In this document: positions 1-14,137 of the stretch, in pieces
How positions within the stretch are numbered: position 1 is the stretch's first letter
How the letters are laid out: each line of letters starts with the position of its first letter
Assembly: GCA_040770465.1 (NCBI GenBank)
Contig: JAXGJB010000002.1
Location: 32,001 to 96,000 of the forward strand
DNA from: Methanothrix sp.
Lineage (GTDB): Archaea > Halobacteriota > Methanosarcinia > Methanotrichales > Methanotrichaceae
Direction of reading: 5' to 3'
Length of the DNA stretch: 64,000 nucleotides
Notes under the pieces: model-generated
What the model was told of the DNA's origin: nothing
Databases searched by the model: none
The model's input: the letters and a program-made list of their open reading frames with translations, nothing else
Program-made: the position numbers and the translations under genes

Positions 1-101
1 GCGACGTCAAAGTCAAGGACATCCAGATCTCCACAGAGACCCTGAATACCGATCGTGGAGAGACGAACGTCTCGGCCATCGAGATCACCCTCTCGAAGTG
101 A
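1..101 (+). CDS. albA: DNA/RNA-binding protein Alba, 3' end only (truncated by window edge)
   Basis: Frame from nt 3 reads DVKVKDIQISTETLNTDRGETNVSAIEITLSK-TGA, matching the Alba C-terminal pattern (I.I.TE......NVS.IEI.L). Confidence 0.85.
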   Translation, partial: DVKVKDIQISTETLNTDRGETNVSAIEITLSK

Positions 102-142
102 AGTCGAGCCTTTCGAGCCTTATTTCTGGAGCGCATTTGGCA

Positions 143-772
143 TTGACCACCAGGATAGGGGTCATCTCCTCCGGTCGCGGGGAGAACGCGAGGTACATCA
201 TCGGAGCCTCTCGATCGGGGTATCTCCCCGCCGAGGTCGCAGTCGTCCTGGCAGACCAAAAGGAAGCGGGCGCCCTGAAGATCGCCCGCGAAGCCGGGAT
301 CGAGGCCCACTTCGTCGACCCTGCTGGTCTCAGCCGGGCTGAGCACGAAGCCCTTCTCATCGAATTTCTTGACCGGGCGGGGGTCGATCTCGTCGTCCTC
401 ACGGGGTACATGAGGATTCTCTCTCCCGAGTTCGTCCGCCACTTCAAGAACAGGACGATCAACATCCACCCCGCCCTCCTCCCCGCCTTCCGGGGGATGG
501 ACGCATTCCAGCAGGCCCTCGACTACGGTGTCAGGGTGACGGGGACGACGATCCATCTCGTCGACGAGGAGGTGGACCACGGCCCCATAATCCTCCAGGT
601 CCCCGTAGAGGTGAAGGAGGGCGACACCCACGAGAGCCTCAAGGCGAGGGTCCAGGAGGCGGAGTACAGGGCCTATCCAGAGGCCCTGAAGCTCTTCATC
701 GAAGGCAAACCGAAGGTGGCTGGAAGGAAGGTCGTCTTTGAGGTTGAGGAAAAGGAGGAGGATGGATCTTGA
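143..772 (+). CDS. purN: Phosphoribosylglycinamide formyltransferase
   Basis: IGVISSGRGEN, GYMRILS, INIHPALLPAFRG, VDHGPIILQ motifs; TTG start at 143 (or 137) chosen over 98. Confidence 0.95.
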   Translation: MTTRIGVISSGRGENARYIIGASRSGYLPAEVAVVLADQKEAGALKIAREAGIEAHFVDPAGLSRAEHEALLIEFLDRAGVDLVVLTGYMRILSPEFVRHFKNRTINIHPALLPAFRGMDAFQQALDYGVRVTGTTIHLVDEEVDHGPIILQVPVEVKEGDTHESLKARVQEAEYRAYPEALKLFIEGKPKVAGRKVVFEVEEKEEDGS

Positions 773-1257
773 GGACACTTTGGGCGCCCTGGAGGATGGA
801 CTACATCCTCTCCGACAAGTCGGAGGCTTGCATATTCTGCGAGAAGATCGCTGAGGACCGGGACTCGGAGAACCTGATCCTTCACCGGGGCGAGCATCAC
901 TTCATAATAATGAACGCCTACCCTTACAACAACGGCCATTTGATGGTCGTCCCCCGCCGCCACACCTCGACCCTGGCGGGCTGGAGCGCCGAGGAGAGGG
1001 CGGAGTTTCTCGAACTGGCCGACCTCGCCGTCGAGATCCTCAAGAGGACGATGAACCCCGACGGCTTCAACATCGGGATCAACATGGGCGAGTGCGCGGG
1101 GGCGGGGATCGCCGACCACATCCACCTCCACGTCGTTCCGCGGTGGTCCGGGGACTGCAACTTCATGCCGGTCTTCGCGGACACGAGGGTGATCCCCGAG
1201 CACATCCAGGCGACCCGCGAGAAGCTGCGGGCGGCGCTAAAAGAGGTCTTGAGATGA
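769..1257 (+). CDS. HIT family nucleotide hydrolase (Ap4A phosphorylase/FHIT-like)
   Basis: LWAPWR, CIFC, NAYPYNNGH, HIHLHVVPR histidine triad; overlaps purN stop. Confidence 0.93.
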   Translation: MRTLWAPWRMDYILSDKSEACIFCEKIAEDRDSENLILHRGEHHFIIMNAYPYNNGHLMVVPRRHTSTLAGWSAEERAEFLELADLAVEILKRTMNPDGFNIGINMGECAGAGIADHIHLHVVPRWSGDCNFMPVFADTRVIPEHIQATREKLRAALKEVLR

Positions 1258-1366
1258 CGGGGTTTGGCCAGATGGAAAAGCTGGCATCTATTTATCGAAG
1301 GGCGTCCAAAATAGCGTCATCGATACGAGAAAGTATTTTCATCAACCAGGTGGAAGACAGAACCAG

Positions 1367-1651
1367 GTGATATCTATGGTCGGGATAAACGGAAGGCTCG
1401 GCAGATCTAAGGGAAGCCCCACCGGCGGAGAGAAGTTTGAGCAGGAGTTCTACATGACCCCCGGCGATGTGGCTAGCACCCTTCGGAGCCTTGCCGACGA
1501 GATCGAGGGCCGGGGAAGGGTAGAGGCCTCATCCGAGGGCTGGACCCTGGCAGTGAGCCCGGCGGAGCCGATAAAGCTTGAGGTGCAGTATAAGCACGAT
1601 CCTGCGAGAAGGGAGCTTGAGTTCCAGCTGAAGCTAAAAGAGAACCCCTGA
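1367..1651 (+). CDS. Amphi-Trp domain-containing small protein
   Basis: FEQEFYMT..DVASTLRSLADEI and IKLEVQYK..ELEFQLKL pattern typical of amphi-Trp proteins. Confidence 0.7.
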   Translation: MISMVGINGRLGRSKGSPTGGEKFEQEFYMTPGDVASTLRSLADEIEGRGRVEASSEGWTLAVSPAEPIKLEVQYKHDPARRELEFQLKLKENP

Positions 1652-1706
1652 TAGTCCATCATATCTCTTTGATATCTCTTTGGTGAGGCTCATCGTGGGA
1701 CGATGG

Positions 1707-2168
1707 CTATGTCCCAGTATCTTCGTCTCTTCTTCCAGCCTCTCGGAGGCGGAAGGGGATGCCCCTCCTCTCCAGCTCTTCTGCCACGACTTCCATAAAG
1801 ACCCCCATCCCCGGAACATGGTCGTGGTCCTGGTGGCGGATCTTCCCCCCGGTGTAGCCCGACGTGGTGGAACTTATGCCGCAGCTGGGGCTTCCCTCGA
1901 CGCCGACGATCTCGATCTCGCGCCCCTTCTTCGCGAACTGCTCGATCAGGTCGGCATGATGGCCGAAGATCTCGCGGCAGTACCGTCTGTAGGATGGTAT
2001 GTCGATCTGGTTTTTGGTGACCGCCCACCGGTCGAGGCCGAGGCATCCGGCCTCGGGGCAGAGGAGCTGGATGATGGGCGGCTCGGCCGCGAACGCGACG
2101 GGTCGGAGCCCCGCGAGCCTCGTCTCGGGGTCGATGAGGCAGTGGGCGACCACCTGAATCTTCTTCAT
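1707..2168 (-). CDS. DUF523/TudS-related (2-thiouracil desulfidase-like) Fe-S protein
   Basis: VAHCL, QLLCPE, GVEGSPSCG and GMGVFME motifs. Confidence 0.75.
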   Translation of the reverse strand: MKKIQVVAHCLIDPETRLAGLRPVAFAAEPPIIQLLCPEAGCLGLDRWAVTKNQIDIPSYRRYCREIFGHHADLIEQFAKKGREIEIVGVEGSPSCGISSTTSGYTGGKIRHQDHDHVPGMGVFMEVVAEELERRGIPFRLREAGRRDEDTGT

Positions 2169-2614
2169 ACTTCCGGGCCCGTCTCTTTTGTCGCGTCCCG
2201 CTCTTCGAGGGCGGCTTTGACGTGCTGATAGAAGCTGATGCCGTCGGTCTCGTGGTAGAACCGAACGTCCTCGGCGGCACCGCCGATCCGGATCTTCAGG
2301 GTGTTGTCCTGAAACTCCTTGACGTACTCGATCCCCGTTACGCCCGAGAGGGGGAACCTGTCGATCCGATTTCGAAGAAGGCCGGAGCGGACGAAGACGA
2401 CCTCCCTCTCCGTGGCCACGATCCAGGAGGAGATCTTCGCCTCGTCGAAGGCCCCGATCCTCGCGAAGGCCTTCGCCTTCTCGTCCTGGTACCTCTGCGG
2501 GACCGCCGGGAAGACCATGAGGGGGACCTCGCCGGCCTGCTCAAGTTTCTCCAGCGCCTTTCCGATCCGCTTCGGCAGATTCTCGTGCGCGACGTCCTCG
2601 TACATTTCGGTCAT
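2165..2614 (-). CDS. Hypothetical protein, probable bacterial-type PH domain
   Basis: WIVATEREVVFVRSGLL..IDRFPLSGVTGIEY resembles bPH domains; 4-nt overlap with next gene. Confidence 0.6.
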   Translation of the reverse strand: MTEMYEDVAHENLPKRIGKALEKLEQAGEVPLMVFPAVPQRYQDEKAKAFARIGAFDEAKISSWIVATEREVVFVRSGLLRNRIDRFPLSGVTGIEYVKEFQDNTLKIRIGGAAEDVRFYHETDGISFYQHVKAALEERDATKETGPEV

Positions 2615-2671
2615 GATGGATCTGATTCTGATTGCCTTTCCGTTTCTTCTGGTCGAGCCGTGGTTTCAAAT

Positions 2672-3814
2672 TCAGGTGACGATCTTGTCCAGCTCGTCCT
2701 TCTCGAGGGCGATCTTGACCTCGCGCATCAGCCTTCTGCCGGTGCTCATGGAGGTTCTCCAGAAGGCGTTTCCGTAGGGGTGGCCGACGGCCATGTGGAC
2801 GTTCGTCCCGCCGCCGATCCGGGGGGCGACGTCGTAGATGGAGAAGTTCAGGTCTTTGTCGACGCAGGTCTGAAGACAGAACGGCCCTATGATCCCGGGG
2901 CTGTAGTGGACCTTCGTCGCCTCGACGTACTTCTCCGCCAGCTCGAAGGCCTTCTCCAGAAGGGATTCGCGGAGGGTCGCGGCGTTGTGGCCGCAGACGG
3001 TGTACTCGGGGCTGATCTGGGCCTCGTTGAGGGTGAGCTGCTGGGGGGCGGGAAGCCGGACGTGGCCGTCGAGGCTCGACTCAAACCGCCAGTCGATCCC
3101 GAGAAGCTCGATCTGGTCCAGGATCGGCGAGTAGAAGAAGTCGAGGTTGAAGACGGGCCCGATGACGTACCTCTCGATCCTCGCGAGGTCGAGGCCGTCC
3201 TGGTCGATCACCCCGTGCTTGAGAAGAAGATCCGACTTCTCGCGGTACTCGTCGTAGCTCGCGGCGGTGAAGAAACCCCGCTCCAGGGTCTTGACGGCGT
3301 GGGGCAGCTTCACCATCACCAGCTCGTCGATCTCGTCCGCCTCCACCGTCTCGGGGAAGGGGAGGCCCGCCTTCTCCAGGATCCAGTAGTAGTCCTGGTC
3401 TTCGCCCCTCTCCTCGGACCGGAGGAGGTTTCTGCTCCCCAGAAGCGGCACCTCGAACTCGTCCTCCACCGAGTCGATCCCGCAGTAGGACGTGAAGGAC
3501 CGGTTCGGTACGAAGAGGACGCTCTTCGATATCAGGGCGTCCTGCTGTTCACCCCTGATCAGGTCTGAGAACTTATTTAAGATCCTGACCTCGTCCACCA
3601 ATCCGCTTATGACCTTGCCGTTGGACCTGGTCGCCCTGAAGTACTTGGCGTAGGTCTTCTCCCTCCCCTTCTGACATATGGCGAGGGTTCGAAACCCCTC
3701 CTCGACGGCCCCGTCGCAGGTGTCCAGGGCCGAGTGGGAGGCGACGACGCCGATCATCGGGTCGTCGAGGTCGTACCCCTCCAAAACCTCAAAAATTTTG
3801 CTGCGGTCGATCAA
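2672..3814 (-). CDS. purP: PurP-family AICAR formate ligase (ATP-grasp, DUF1246/DUF1297)
   Basis: ASHSALD, FVPNRSF, ERGFF, IIGPFCLQ, DVAPRIGGGTN, MSTGRR motifs; TTG start at 3814 likely. Confidence 0.9.
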   Translation of the reverse strand: MIDRSKIFEVLEGYDLDDPMIGVVASHSALDTCDGAVEEGFRTLAICQKGREKTYAKYFRATRSNGKVISGLVDEVRILNKFSDLIRGEQQDALISKSVLFVPNRSFTSYCGIDSVEDEFEVPLLGSRNLLRSEERGEDQDYYWILEKAGLPFPETVEADEIDELVMVKLPHAVKTLERGFFTAASYDEYREKSDLLLKHGVIDQDGLDLARIERYVIGPVFNLDFFYSPILDQIELLGIDWRFESSLDGHVRLPAPQQLTLNEAQISPEYTVCGHNAATLRESLLEKAFELAEKYVEATKVHYSPGIIGPFCLQTCVDKDLNFSIYDVAPRIGGGTNVHMAVGHPYGNAFWRTSMSTGRRLMREVKIALEKDELDKIVT

Positions 3815-4179
3815 TTCGAAGCACCCCAAAATTATCCTGATCTGTGTACCGACCTAGAGAGGTACTCACTTATCAAGCTGACTGTCATGACCCGCCATCT
3901 TCTATGGATGCGGCGTCTTCCGCCGTCCACCAGATCTCCCAAAAACTTCTTGAGACGCTTCCCGCCGATCTACATCGGCGCCTGGTACTGATAATGTCTT
4001 CTCCAGGCGGCTTAGCTTCTGACCTGGGAGGATCTGCAGGTTTGAAGCCGGCCATCTTCGCGGACGAATCGGCCGGTCTCGCCCGGAAAGGGGCGTTGAA
4101 ATTTTGAGAGGCGGAACGGTCACTTTAATATACTACGTTGGCATTGCTAACTAGTCCAATTAGGCTTGGGGGATGGTTT

Positions 4180-4668
4180 TTGGCAGGCAGAGCTTGGAAG
4201 TTCAAAGATGATATCGACACCGACGCGATAATACCCGGACGCTACCTGGTGATCAACGACCCCGAGGGGCTCGCCGAACACGTTTTTGAGGGGGTGCGCC
4301 CCGAGTTCGCCGGGCAAGTCCGTGCCGGAGACTTCGTGGTGGCGGGATCGAACTTCGGCTGCGGCTCCTCGCGAGAGCACGCGCCCCTCGGCCTTAAAGG
4401 CGCGGGGGTCAAGGCCGTCGTCGCCAGCTCTTTCGCCCGGATATTCTTCCGAAACGCCATCAACATCGGCCTGCCCCTGTTCGTCTCTGCCGACGTCGAG
4501 AGGATACGCGATGGGGATTCCATCGATATCGACGCCGACGAGGGGATCATATTCAACCGGTCCCGCGGCGAGTCATATAGGACGACGCCCCTGCCGCCCT
4601 TCCTCCAGGAGATCGTGGAGGCGGGAGGGCTCGTCGAGTATACCAAGAGGAAGGTGAGGTCTCTTTGA
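4180..4668 (+). CDS. leuD: 3-isopropylmalate dehydratase small subunit (LeuD/HacB family)
   Basis: [37 protein letters not shown]. Confidence 0.93.
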   Translation: MAGRAWKFKDDIDTDAIIPGRYLVINDPEGLAEHVFEGVRPEFAGQVRAGDFVVAGSNFGCGSSREHAPLGLKGAGVKAVVASSFARIFFRNAINIGLPLFVSADVERIRDGDSIDIDADEGIIFNRSRGESYRTTPLPPFLQEIVEAGGLVEYTKRKVRSL

Positions 4669-5792
4669 AGTACAAAGTTCCCGTTATTCCCGGCGATGGG
4701 ATAGGTCCCGAGATCGTGGCCGAGGGCCAGAAGGTGGCGGAGGCCGCGGCGGAAAAGCACGGTTTTGATATCGAGTGGAGAACGTTCTCCCTCGGAGCAG
4801 ACCACTACCTGGAGACGGGAGAGCTCATTGGCGAGGAGACCCTCAAAGACCTCTCCAAATACAGGGCGATCTACCTCGGCTCCATCGGCGACCCGAGGGT
4901 GAAGCCCGGTGTCCTGGAGAAGGGCGTCCTCCTCGCCATGAGGTTCTACTTCGACCAGTACGTCAACCTCAGGCCGGTCAAGCTCCTGGAGGGTGTCTGG
5001 ACCCCTCTCAAGGACAAGGGCCCTGCGGATATCGACTTCACAGTCGTCCGGGAGAACACCGAGGACTTCTACATCGGGATCGGCAGCCGGGCGAGATCGG
5101 GGAGGAGCCGCGACGAGTTCGAGGTGGCGAGGACCCTCTACAACGTCAAGTTCGGCCTGGACGTGGAGTCGGACAGCGACGAGATCGCATACCAGATCGG
5201 GATGATCTCGAAAGAGGGGACCCGGCGGGTCATCAAGTACGCCTTCGACCTCGCCATGAAACGGAATAAGCACCTCTCCAGCGTCGACAAGGCGAACGTC
5301 CTCTCCGACATATACGGTTTCTGGAGAGAGGAGTTCGAGATGATGGCGGCAGAGTACCCTGAGGTCGAGACGGACTTCAACTTCGTAGACGCCATCACCA
5401 TGTGGTTTGTCAAAAACCCGGAGTGGTTTGACGTCGTCGTCGCACCCAACATGTTCGGCGACATCATCACCGACCTCGGCGCCATGATCCAGGGGGGTCT
5501 CGGCCTTGCGCCCGGAGCCAACATCAATCCCGAAGGGACGAGCATGTTCGAGCCGATCCACGGAAGCGCCCCCAAGTACAAGGGCCAAAACAAGGTCAAC
5601 CCCATCGCAACCATCTGGGCCGGAGCTATGCTCCTGGAGCACCTGGGCGAGGCGGCGGCCGCCGAGGACGTGATCAGGGCCATAGAGACGAACATCAAGA
5701 GGGGGAAGGTCAGGACCTACGACATGGGCGGAAGCTCGACGACCTCGGAGGTCGGCGACGATATCGCAGGCCTGGTCCTCGGCGGGATCTGA
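4665..5792 (+). CDS. leuB: 3-isopropylmalate (isocitrate/isopropylmalate family) dehydrogenase
   Basis: [39 protein letters not shown]. Confidence 0.9.
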   Translation: MKYKVPVIPGDGIGPEIVAEGQKVAEAAAEKHGFDIEWRTFSLGADHYLETGELIGEETLKDLSKYRAIYLGSIGDPRVKPGVLEKGVLLAMRFYFDQYVNLRPVKLLEGVWTPLKDKGPADIDFTVVRENTEDFYIGIGSRARSGRSRDEFEVARTLYNVKFGLDVESDSDEIAYQIGMISKEGTRRVIKYAFDLAMKRNKHLSSVDKANVLSDIYGFWREEFEMMAAEYPEVETDFNFVDAITMWFVKNPEWFDVVVAPNMFGDIITDLGAMIQGGLGLAPGANINPEGTSMFEPIHGSAPKYKGQNKVNPIATIWAGAMLLEHLGEAAAAEDVIRAIETNIKRGKVRTYDMGGSSTTSEVGDDIAGLVLGGI

Positions 5793-5801
5793 TCGGAAGG
5801 C

Positions 5802-5815
5802 GAAAAGGTTTTATG
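5802..5815 (+). promoter_or_regulatory. BRE/TATA element upstream of tRNA-Lys and rpoH
   Basis: GAAAAGGTTTTATG about 50 nt before the tRNA. Confidence 0.6.
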
Positions 5816-5862
5816 TCGGATGACCATCTCCAAGACAGTGGTATGGGCTGATCTGCTCATGG

Positions 5863-5954
5863 GGGCTCGTAGCTCAGTTAGGCAGAGCGTCTGGCTTTTA
5901 AGTTTTTTGAACGAAGATACCAGGTGGTCGAGGGTTCAAATCCCTTCGAGCCCG
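5863..5954 (+). tRNA. tRNA-Lys(UUU) with 18-nt intron (5901-5918) at canonical position 37/38
   Basis: Acceptor GGGCTCG/CGAGCCC, D arm AGCTCAGTTAGGCAGAGC, anticodon arm TCTGG-CTTTTA|A-CCAGG, T arm GAGGGTTCAAATCCCTT; BHB motif (CTTT/GAAG central helix, bulges TAA and ATA). Confidence 0.95.
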
Positions 5955-5983
5955 CTTATCGCTCATTTCTGGGAAGTGGCTGT

Positions 5984-6220
5984 ATGAAGAAGTTTGCGTT
6001 GCAGGATCACGAGATAGTTCCGGTCCACATCCTTCTCTCGCCTGAAGAGGCGGAGGAGGTGTTCAAGGCTTACGGCGTGGATTCTGCTCAGCTCCCGAAG
6101 ATCCACGCCACCGATCCGGTGGTAAAGGAGATCGGAGGAAAGGTGGGTGACGTGGTGAGGATTATGAGGAAGAGTCCCACGTCAGGGGAATCGGTCTTTT
6201 ACAGGCTGGTAATCGACTAA
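5984..6220 (+). CDS. rpoH: RNA polymerase subunit H (Rpo5)
   Basis: HEIVPVH, QLPKI..DPVVK, GDVVRIMRKSPT..YRLV; ATG at 5984 (ORF-track start lies inside the tRNA). Confidence 0.97.
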   Translation: MKKFALQDHEIVPVHILLSPEEAEEVFKAYGVDSAQLPKIHATDPVVKEIGGKVGDVVRIMRKSPTSGESVFYRLVID

Positions 6221-6235
6221 GGGGTGTTTTAAAGT

Positions 6236-7726
6236 TTGCTGGACAGAGACGTTCTATATAAGGCCTATTTTACAAAAGACAAGCTGGTCCACCATCACAT
6301 AAACTCTTTCAACGATTTCATAGATCGGGGCCTTCAGAAGGTGATCGACGAGGTGGGGATCATCGAGACGAACATCGAGGAGACCTACGTCAAGCTGGGG
6401 ACGATCCGGGTTGAGAACCCCACCGTCACCGAGGCGGACGGCTCGGTGGAGAGGCTCCATCCCAACGACGCGCGGCTTCGAAACCTCACCTACGCGTCGC
6501 CCCTCCGGCTGGTGATGACGATAGTTGAGGGGGAGACAGAGAAGGAACCGGTGGAGGCGATGATCGGGATGCTGCCCATCATGATAATGTCCAAGATCTG
6601 CAACCTCTCAGGCCTATCTCGGGACGAGATGATCGAGTACGGCGAGGATCCCCTCGACCCCGGCGGGTACTTCGTGGTCAACGGCTCGGAGAGGGTGATC
6701 ATGACCCTGGAGGACCTCTCCCCCAACAAGATCCTGGTGGAGTACAACCAGAGGTACGACGACTACATCGAGGTGGCGAAGGTCTTCTCCCAGAGGCAGG
6801 GTTACAGGTCACTTGTGATCGTCGAGCGGGGTAGAAGGTCGATTTTGGAGGTATCCTTCCCCTCCGTCAGCGGAAGGCTGAACTTCGTCACCCTGGCGAG
6901 AGCCCTCGGCCTTGAGACGGATATGGAGATCGTCCAGGCCGTCTCCGACAACCCCGAGATCATCAAGTTCATGCTGGAGAACCTGGAGGAGGCGGAGGTT
7001 GCGACCAAAGAGGAGGCCCTGGAGAAGATCGGGGGTCGGGTCGCCGCAGGCCAGGCGAAGGAGTACCAGAAGAAGAGGGCCGCTTACGTCCTGGATCGGT
7101 ACCTACTGCCTCACATCGGGGTCGAGGAGGGCGACCGGTACGCCAAAGGCCTCTTCCTCGCCAGGATGGCCGAGGCCTGCTTCGAGCTGGCCCTGGGGAA
7201 GAGGGGCGAGGACGACAAGGACCATTACGCCAACAAGAGGCTCAAGCTATCCGGAGACCTGATGGAAGACCTATTCCGGGTAGCCTTCAGCAGGCTGACG
7301 AGGGACATCAAGTACCAGCTGGAGCGGGCCAGCATGAGAAACCGCGAGCTGAACGTCATCACCACCGTCCGGGCCGACGTCCTCACCGAGAGGATGATCC
7401 ACCCCCTCGCCACCGGAAACTGGGTCGGGGGGAGGACGGGCGTATCCCAGCTTCTGGACCGTACCGATTACATGGCGAGCTTAAGCCACCTCCGGAGGGT
7501 CATATCCCCCCTCTCCCGGTCCCAGCCCCACTTCGAGGCGAGGGACCTTCACCCCACCCAGTGGGGGAGGATCTGTCCCAGCGAGACCCCGGAGGGCCCC
7601 AACTGCGGCCTCGTCAAGAACTTCGCCCAGGGGGTGGAGCTCTCTACAGGGGTCGAGGATTACGAGGACGTGAAGAGGATGCTTCTGGATCTGGAAGTCG
7701 CTCCTGTAGGTGGTCGCTTTGAGTAG
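6236..7726 (+). CDS. rpoB2: RNA polymerase subunit B'' (Rpo2N)
   Basis: [44 protein letters not shown]. Confidence 0.97.
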   Translation: MLDRDVLYKAYFTKDKLVHHHINSFNDFIDRGLQKVIDEVGIIETNIEETYVKLGTIRVENPTVTEADGSVERLHPNDARLRNLTYASPLRLVMTIVEGETEKEPVEAMIGMLPIMIMSKICNLSGLSRDEMIEYGEDPLDPGGYFVVNGSERVIMTLEDLSPNKILVEYNQRYDDYIEVAKVFSQRQGYRSLVIVERGRRSILEVSFPSVSGRLNFVTLARALGLETDMEIVQAVSDNPEIIKFMLENLEEAEVATKEEALEKIGGRVAAGQAKEYQKKRAAYVLDRYLLPHIGVEEGDRYAKGLFLARMAEACFELALGKRGEDDKDHYANKRLKLSGDLMEDLFRVAFSRLTRDIKYQLERASMRNRELNVITTVRADVLTERMIHPLATGNWVGGRTGVSQLLDRTDYMASLSHLRRVISPLSRSQPHFEARDLHPTQWGRICPSETPEGPNCGLVKNFAQGVELSTGVEDYEDVKRMLLDLEVAPVGGRFE

Positions 7727-9533
7727 CGCAAGGGTATTCGTCAACGGGGAGTTTGTGGGGACCCATTCCGACCCCATAAAGCTCGCAAAAGATATGAGAC
7801 GGCTCCGGCGGGGCGGCAAGATAAGCAACCAGATCAACGTCTCATACTTCGCGAGGACGAACGAGATCCTGATCAACACCGACTCCGGCAGGGCCCGGCG
7901 CCCTCTCGTCGTGGTGGAGGATGGGGCGTCCCTCATCACTGAAGAGCACACTGAGAAGCTCCGGCAGGGCGAGATCGGCTTCAACGATCTCGTCGGCCAG
8001 GGGCTCGTCGAGTATCTCGACGCCGAGGAGGAGGAGAACGCTCTCGTGGCCATGTGGGATGGGGATATCACTCCCGAGCACACCCATCTGGAGGTGGACC
8101 CTTCCATGGTCCTGGGGATCTGCACCGGCCTCGTCCCCTACCCCGAGCACAACGCCAGCCCTCGAAATACCATGGGCGCCGGGATGATCAAGCAGTGTCT
8201 GGGGACTCCTCTGGCCAACACAAAGCTCCGGCCCGATACCCGGGGCCACTACCTCCACTACCCCCAGAGGGCTCTTTGCAGGAGCAGAACCGCCGACGCC
8301 ATCGGCTTTGACGAGAGGCCGGCGGGCCAGAACTTCGTCGTCGCGGTCCTCGTCTACGAGGGGTACAACATCGAGGACGCCCTCATCCTCAACAAGGCCT
8401 CCATCGAGCGGGGGCTGGGCCGGAGCCACTTCTTCCGGGTCTCGGAGGCTGAGGAGCGGAAGTATCCCGGAGGCCAGGAGGACAAGTTCGAGATACCGGA
8501 CATGGAGGTCCGGGGCGCTCGGGGGACTGAGGCTTACTCGCAGCTTGACGACGACGGCCTCGTCAACCCCAACGCCGTGGTGGCTCCTAACGACGTCCTG
8601 ATAGGGAAGACCTCGCCGCCACGGTTCCTTGAGGAGCCGACGGAGTTCGGGATCACGCCCCAGCAGAGGCGGGAGACCTCGGTGACCATGAGGTCCAACG
8701 AGAAGGGGGTGGTGGACACGGTGATCCTCACAGAGTCGTCCAACGGCAACCGGCTCGCCAAGGTCAAGACGAGAGACCAGCGGGTACCGGAGCTGGGGGA
8801 CAAGTTCGCGTCGCGACACGGCCAGAAAGGGGTCGTCGGCCTCATAGTCCCACCGGCGGACATGCCCTTCACCGAGTCAGGCCAGGTTCCCGACCTGATC
8901 GTCAACCCCCACGCCATCCCCTCGAGGATGACCGTCGGCCACGTCCTGGAGATGATCGGGGGCAAGATGGGATCTCTCGAAGGGAGGTTCGCCGACGCCA
9001 CCGCCTTCCTCGGCGAGGAGGAGATGGACATGAGGTCTGCCCTCACCAAGTTCGGGTTCTCCCACACCGGCCGAGAGGTGATGTACAGCGGCACCAACGG
9101 CGAACAGATCATGGCAGACATCTTCGTCGGGGTGATCCTCTACCAGAAGCTCTACCACATGGTAGCAGGCAAGATGCACGCTCGGTCGCGGGGTCCAGTC
9201 CAGGTCCTCACAAGGCAGCCGACTGAGGGTCGGGCGAGGGAGGGTGGTCTGCGGTTCGGCGAGATGGAGCGCGACGTATTGATCGCCCACGGCGCGGCTC
9301 TCGCCCTCAAGGAGCGGCTCGTCGACGAGTCTGACAAAGTGACGGAGCTCGTCTGCAGCCGCTGCGGCATGATCGCCATCCACGATAGAAGGAGGAACGT
9401 CGACTACTGCTCGGTCTGCGGCTCGGACACCGAGATATACCCCGTAGAGATGAGCTACGCCTTCAAACTCCTGCTGGACGAGATAAAATCCCTCGGCGTC
9501 GCCCCCCGGCTGGTTTTGGAGGACGCAGTTTAG
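7719..9533 (+). CDS. rpoB1: RNA polymerase subunit B' (Rpo2C)
   Basis: [41 protein letters not shown]-terminal Zn ribbon. Confidence 0.97.
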   Translation: MSSARVFVNGEFVGTHSDPIKLAKDMRRLRRGGKISNQINVSYFARTNEILINTDSGRARRPLVVVEDGASLITEEHTEKLRQGEIGFNDLVGQGLVEYLDAEEEENALVAMWDGDITPEHTHLEVDPSMVLGICTGLVPYPEHNASPRNTMGAGMIKQCLGTPLANTKLRPDTRGHYLHYPQRALCRSRTADAIGFDERPAGQNFVVAVLVYEGYNIEDALILNKASIERGLGRSHFFRVSEAEERKYPGGQEDKFEIPDMEVRGARGTEAYSQLDDDGLVNPNAVVAPNDVLIGKTSPPRFLEEPTEFGITPQQRRETSVTMRSNEKGVVDTVILTESSNGNRLAKVKTRDQRVPELGDKFASRHGQKGVVGLIVPPADMPFTESGQVPDLIVNPHAIPSRMTVGHVLEMIGGKMGSLEGRFADATAFLGEEEMDMRSALTKFGFSHTGREVMYSGTNGEQIMADIFVGVILYQKLYHMVAGKMHARSRGPVQVLTRQPTEGRAREGGLRFGEMERDVLIAHGAALALKERLVDESDKVTELVCSRCGMIAIHDRRRNVDYCSVCGSDTEIYPVEMSYAFKLLLDEIKSLGVAPRLVLEDAV

Positions 9534-9541
9534 GTGTGAAC

Positions 9542-13305
<3,764 letters not shown>

Positions 13306-13314
13306 GGTAAAAGG

Positions 13315-13626
13315 ATGATAAACATTGATAGAGCGCTCAGAAGTTCGATCAGAACCGGTAATGTTGTTCTTGGCTCAAATCTGGCCCTGGAGGCCGGGGT
13401 CAGCGGGAAGGCTAAGCTCGTCATCAGCGCCACCGACTGTCCCGAAGATGTGGCAGTCGAGCTGAAGAAGACCGACGTTCCCATCTACAACTATTCGGGC
13501 AGAGGAAAAGATCTGGGCTCTGCCTGCGGAAAACCTTTCTCGATAGCGGCTCTGGCGGTGATAGAGCCCGGCGAATCTGAGATAATGGCGCTCCTGAGGG
13601 AGATCAGGGGTATCGAGGATGAGTGA
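13315..13626 (+). CDS. rpl30e: 50S ribosomal protein L30e
   Basis: TGNVVLGS, LGSACGKPF, conserved synteny. Confidence 0.95.
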   Translation: MINIDRALRSSIRTGNVVLGSNLALEAGVSGKAKLVISATDCPEDVAVELKKTDVPIYNYSGRGKDLGSACGKPFSIAALAVIEPGESEIMALLREIRGIEDE

Positions 13627-14050
13627 GTTCAAGCTGACCACAGAAGGGATAAGGTACATCGCCCTCTTCGAAAGCTTGACCGGCGGCGTCGCCAGAGACT
13701 GCATCATCGACGACGATAATGACCGGATAATATTCGTCATCAAGAAGGGTGACATGGGTGCTGCCATCGGGAGGAAGGGCAGCAACATCAACAGGGTTAA
13801 GAAGTCGATAGGAAAGCAGATCGAGATCGTGGAGCACAGCGACGACGTCAAGGAGTTCCTGGAGAACGTCTTCCAGCCGGCCTCGATCAAGAATGTGACG
13901 ATCGTTTCGAAAAACAATAAGCGATTGGCTTATGTAGAAGTAGCAAATAGGGACAAGGGCATCGCCATAGGACGGGATGGGCGCAACATATTAAAAGCCA
14001 AGATGCTCTCTTCGAGGCATCACGGCGTTGACGACATCATCATCCAGTAA
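13619..14050 (+). CDS. nusA: Archaeal NusA (KH domains)
   Basis: GAAIGRKGSNI and GIAIGRDGRNI KH GxxG loops. Confidence 0.95.
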   Translation: MSEFKLTTEGIRYIALFESLTGGVARDCIIDDDNDRIIFVIKKGDMGAAIGRKGSNINRVKKSIGKQIEIVEHSDDVKEFLENVFQPASIKNVTIVSKNNKRLAYVEVANRDKGIAIGRDGRNILKAKMLSSRHHGVDDIIIQ

Positions 14051-14137
14051 AAATTTACCAACGCCCGGGCTCCAGCTGGCTTTGAGGTCGGGGGGCCGAC
14101 CGTTGGCGATGGATATAGCATTCAACTAGGTGAAATA

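Noticed and set aside
2222-5642. Long antisense ORFs (2222-3568 +, 4242-5642 -, and many similar ones opposite rpo, trpS, radA, pstC)
   Set aside because: Shadow frames caused by high GC3 codon bias opposite clearly identified genes; V/D/L/G-rich nonsense composition and no motifs.
5924-5983. N-terminal extension of RpoH in the ORF track
   Set aside because: The GTG lies inside the tRNA-Lys gene; the real start is ATG 5984.
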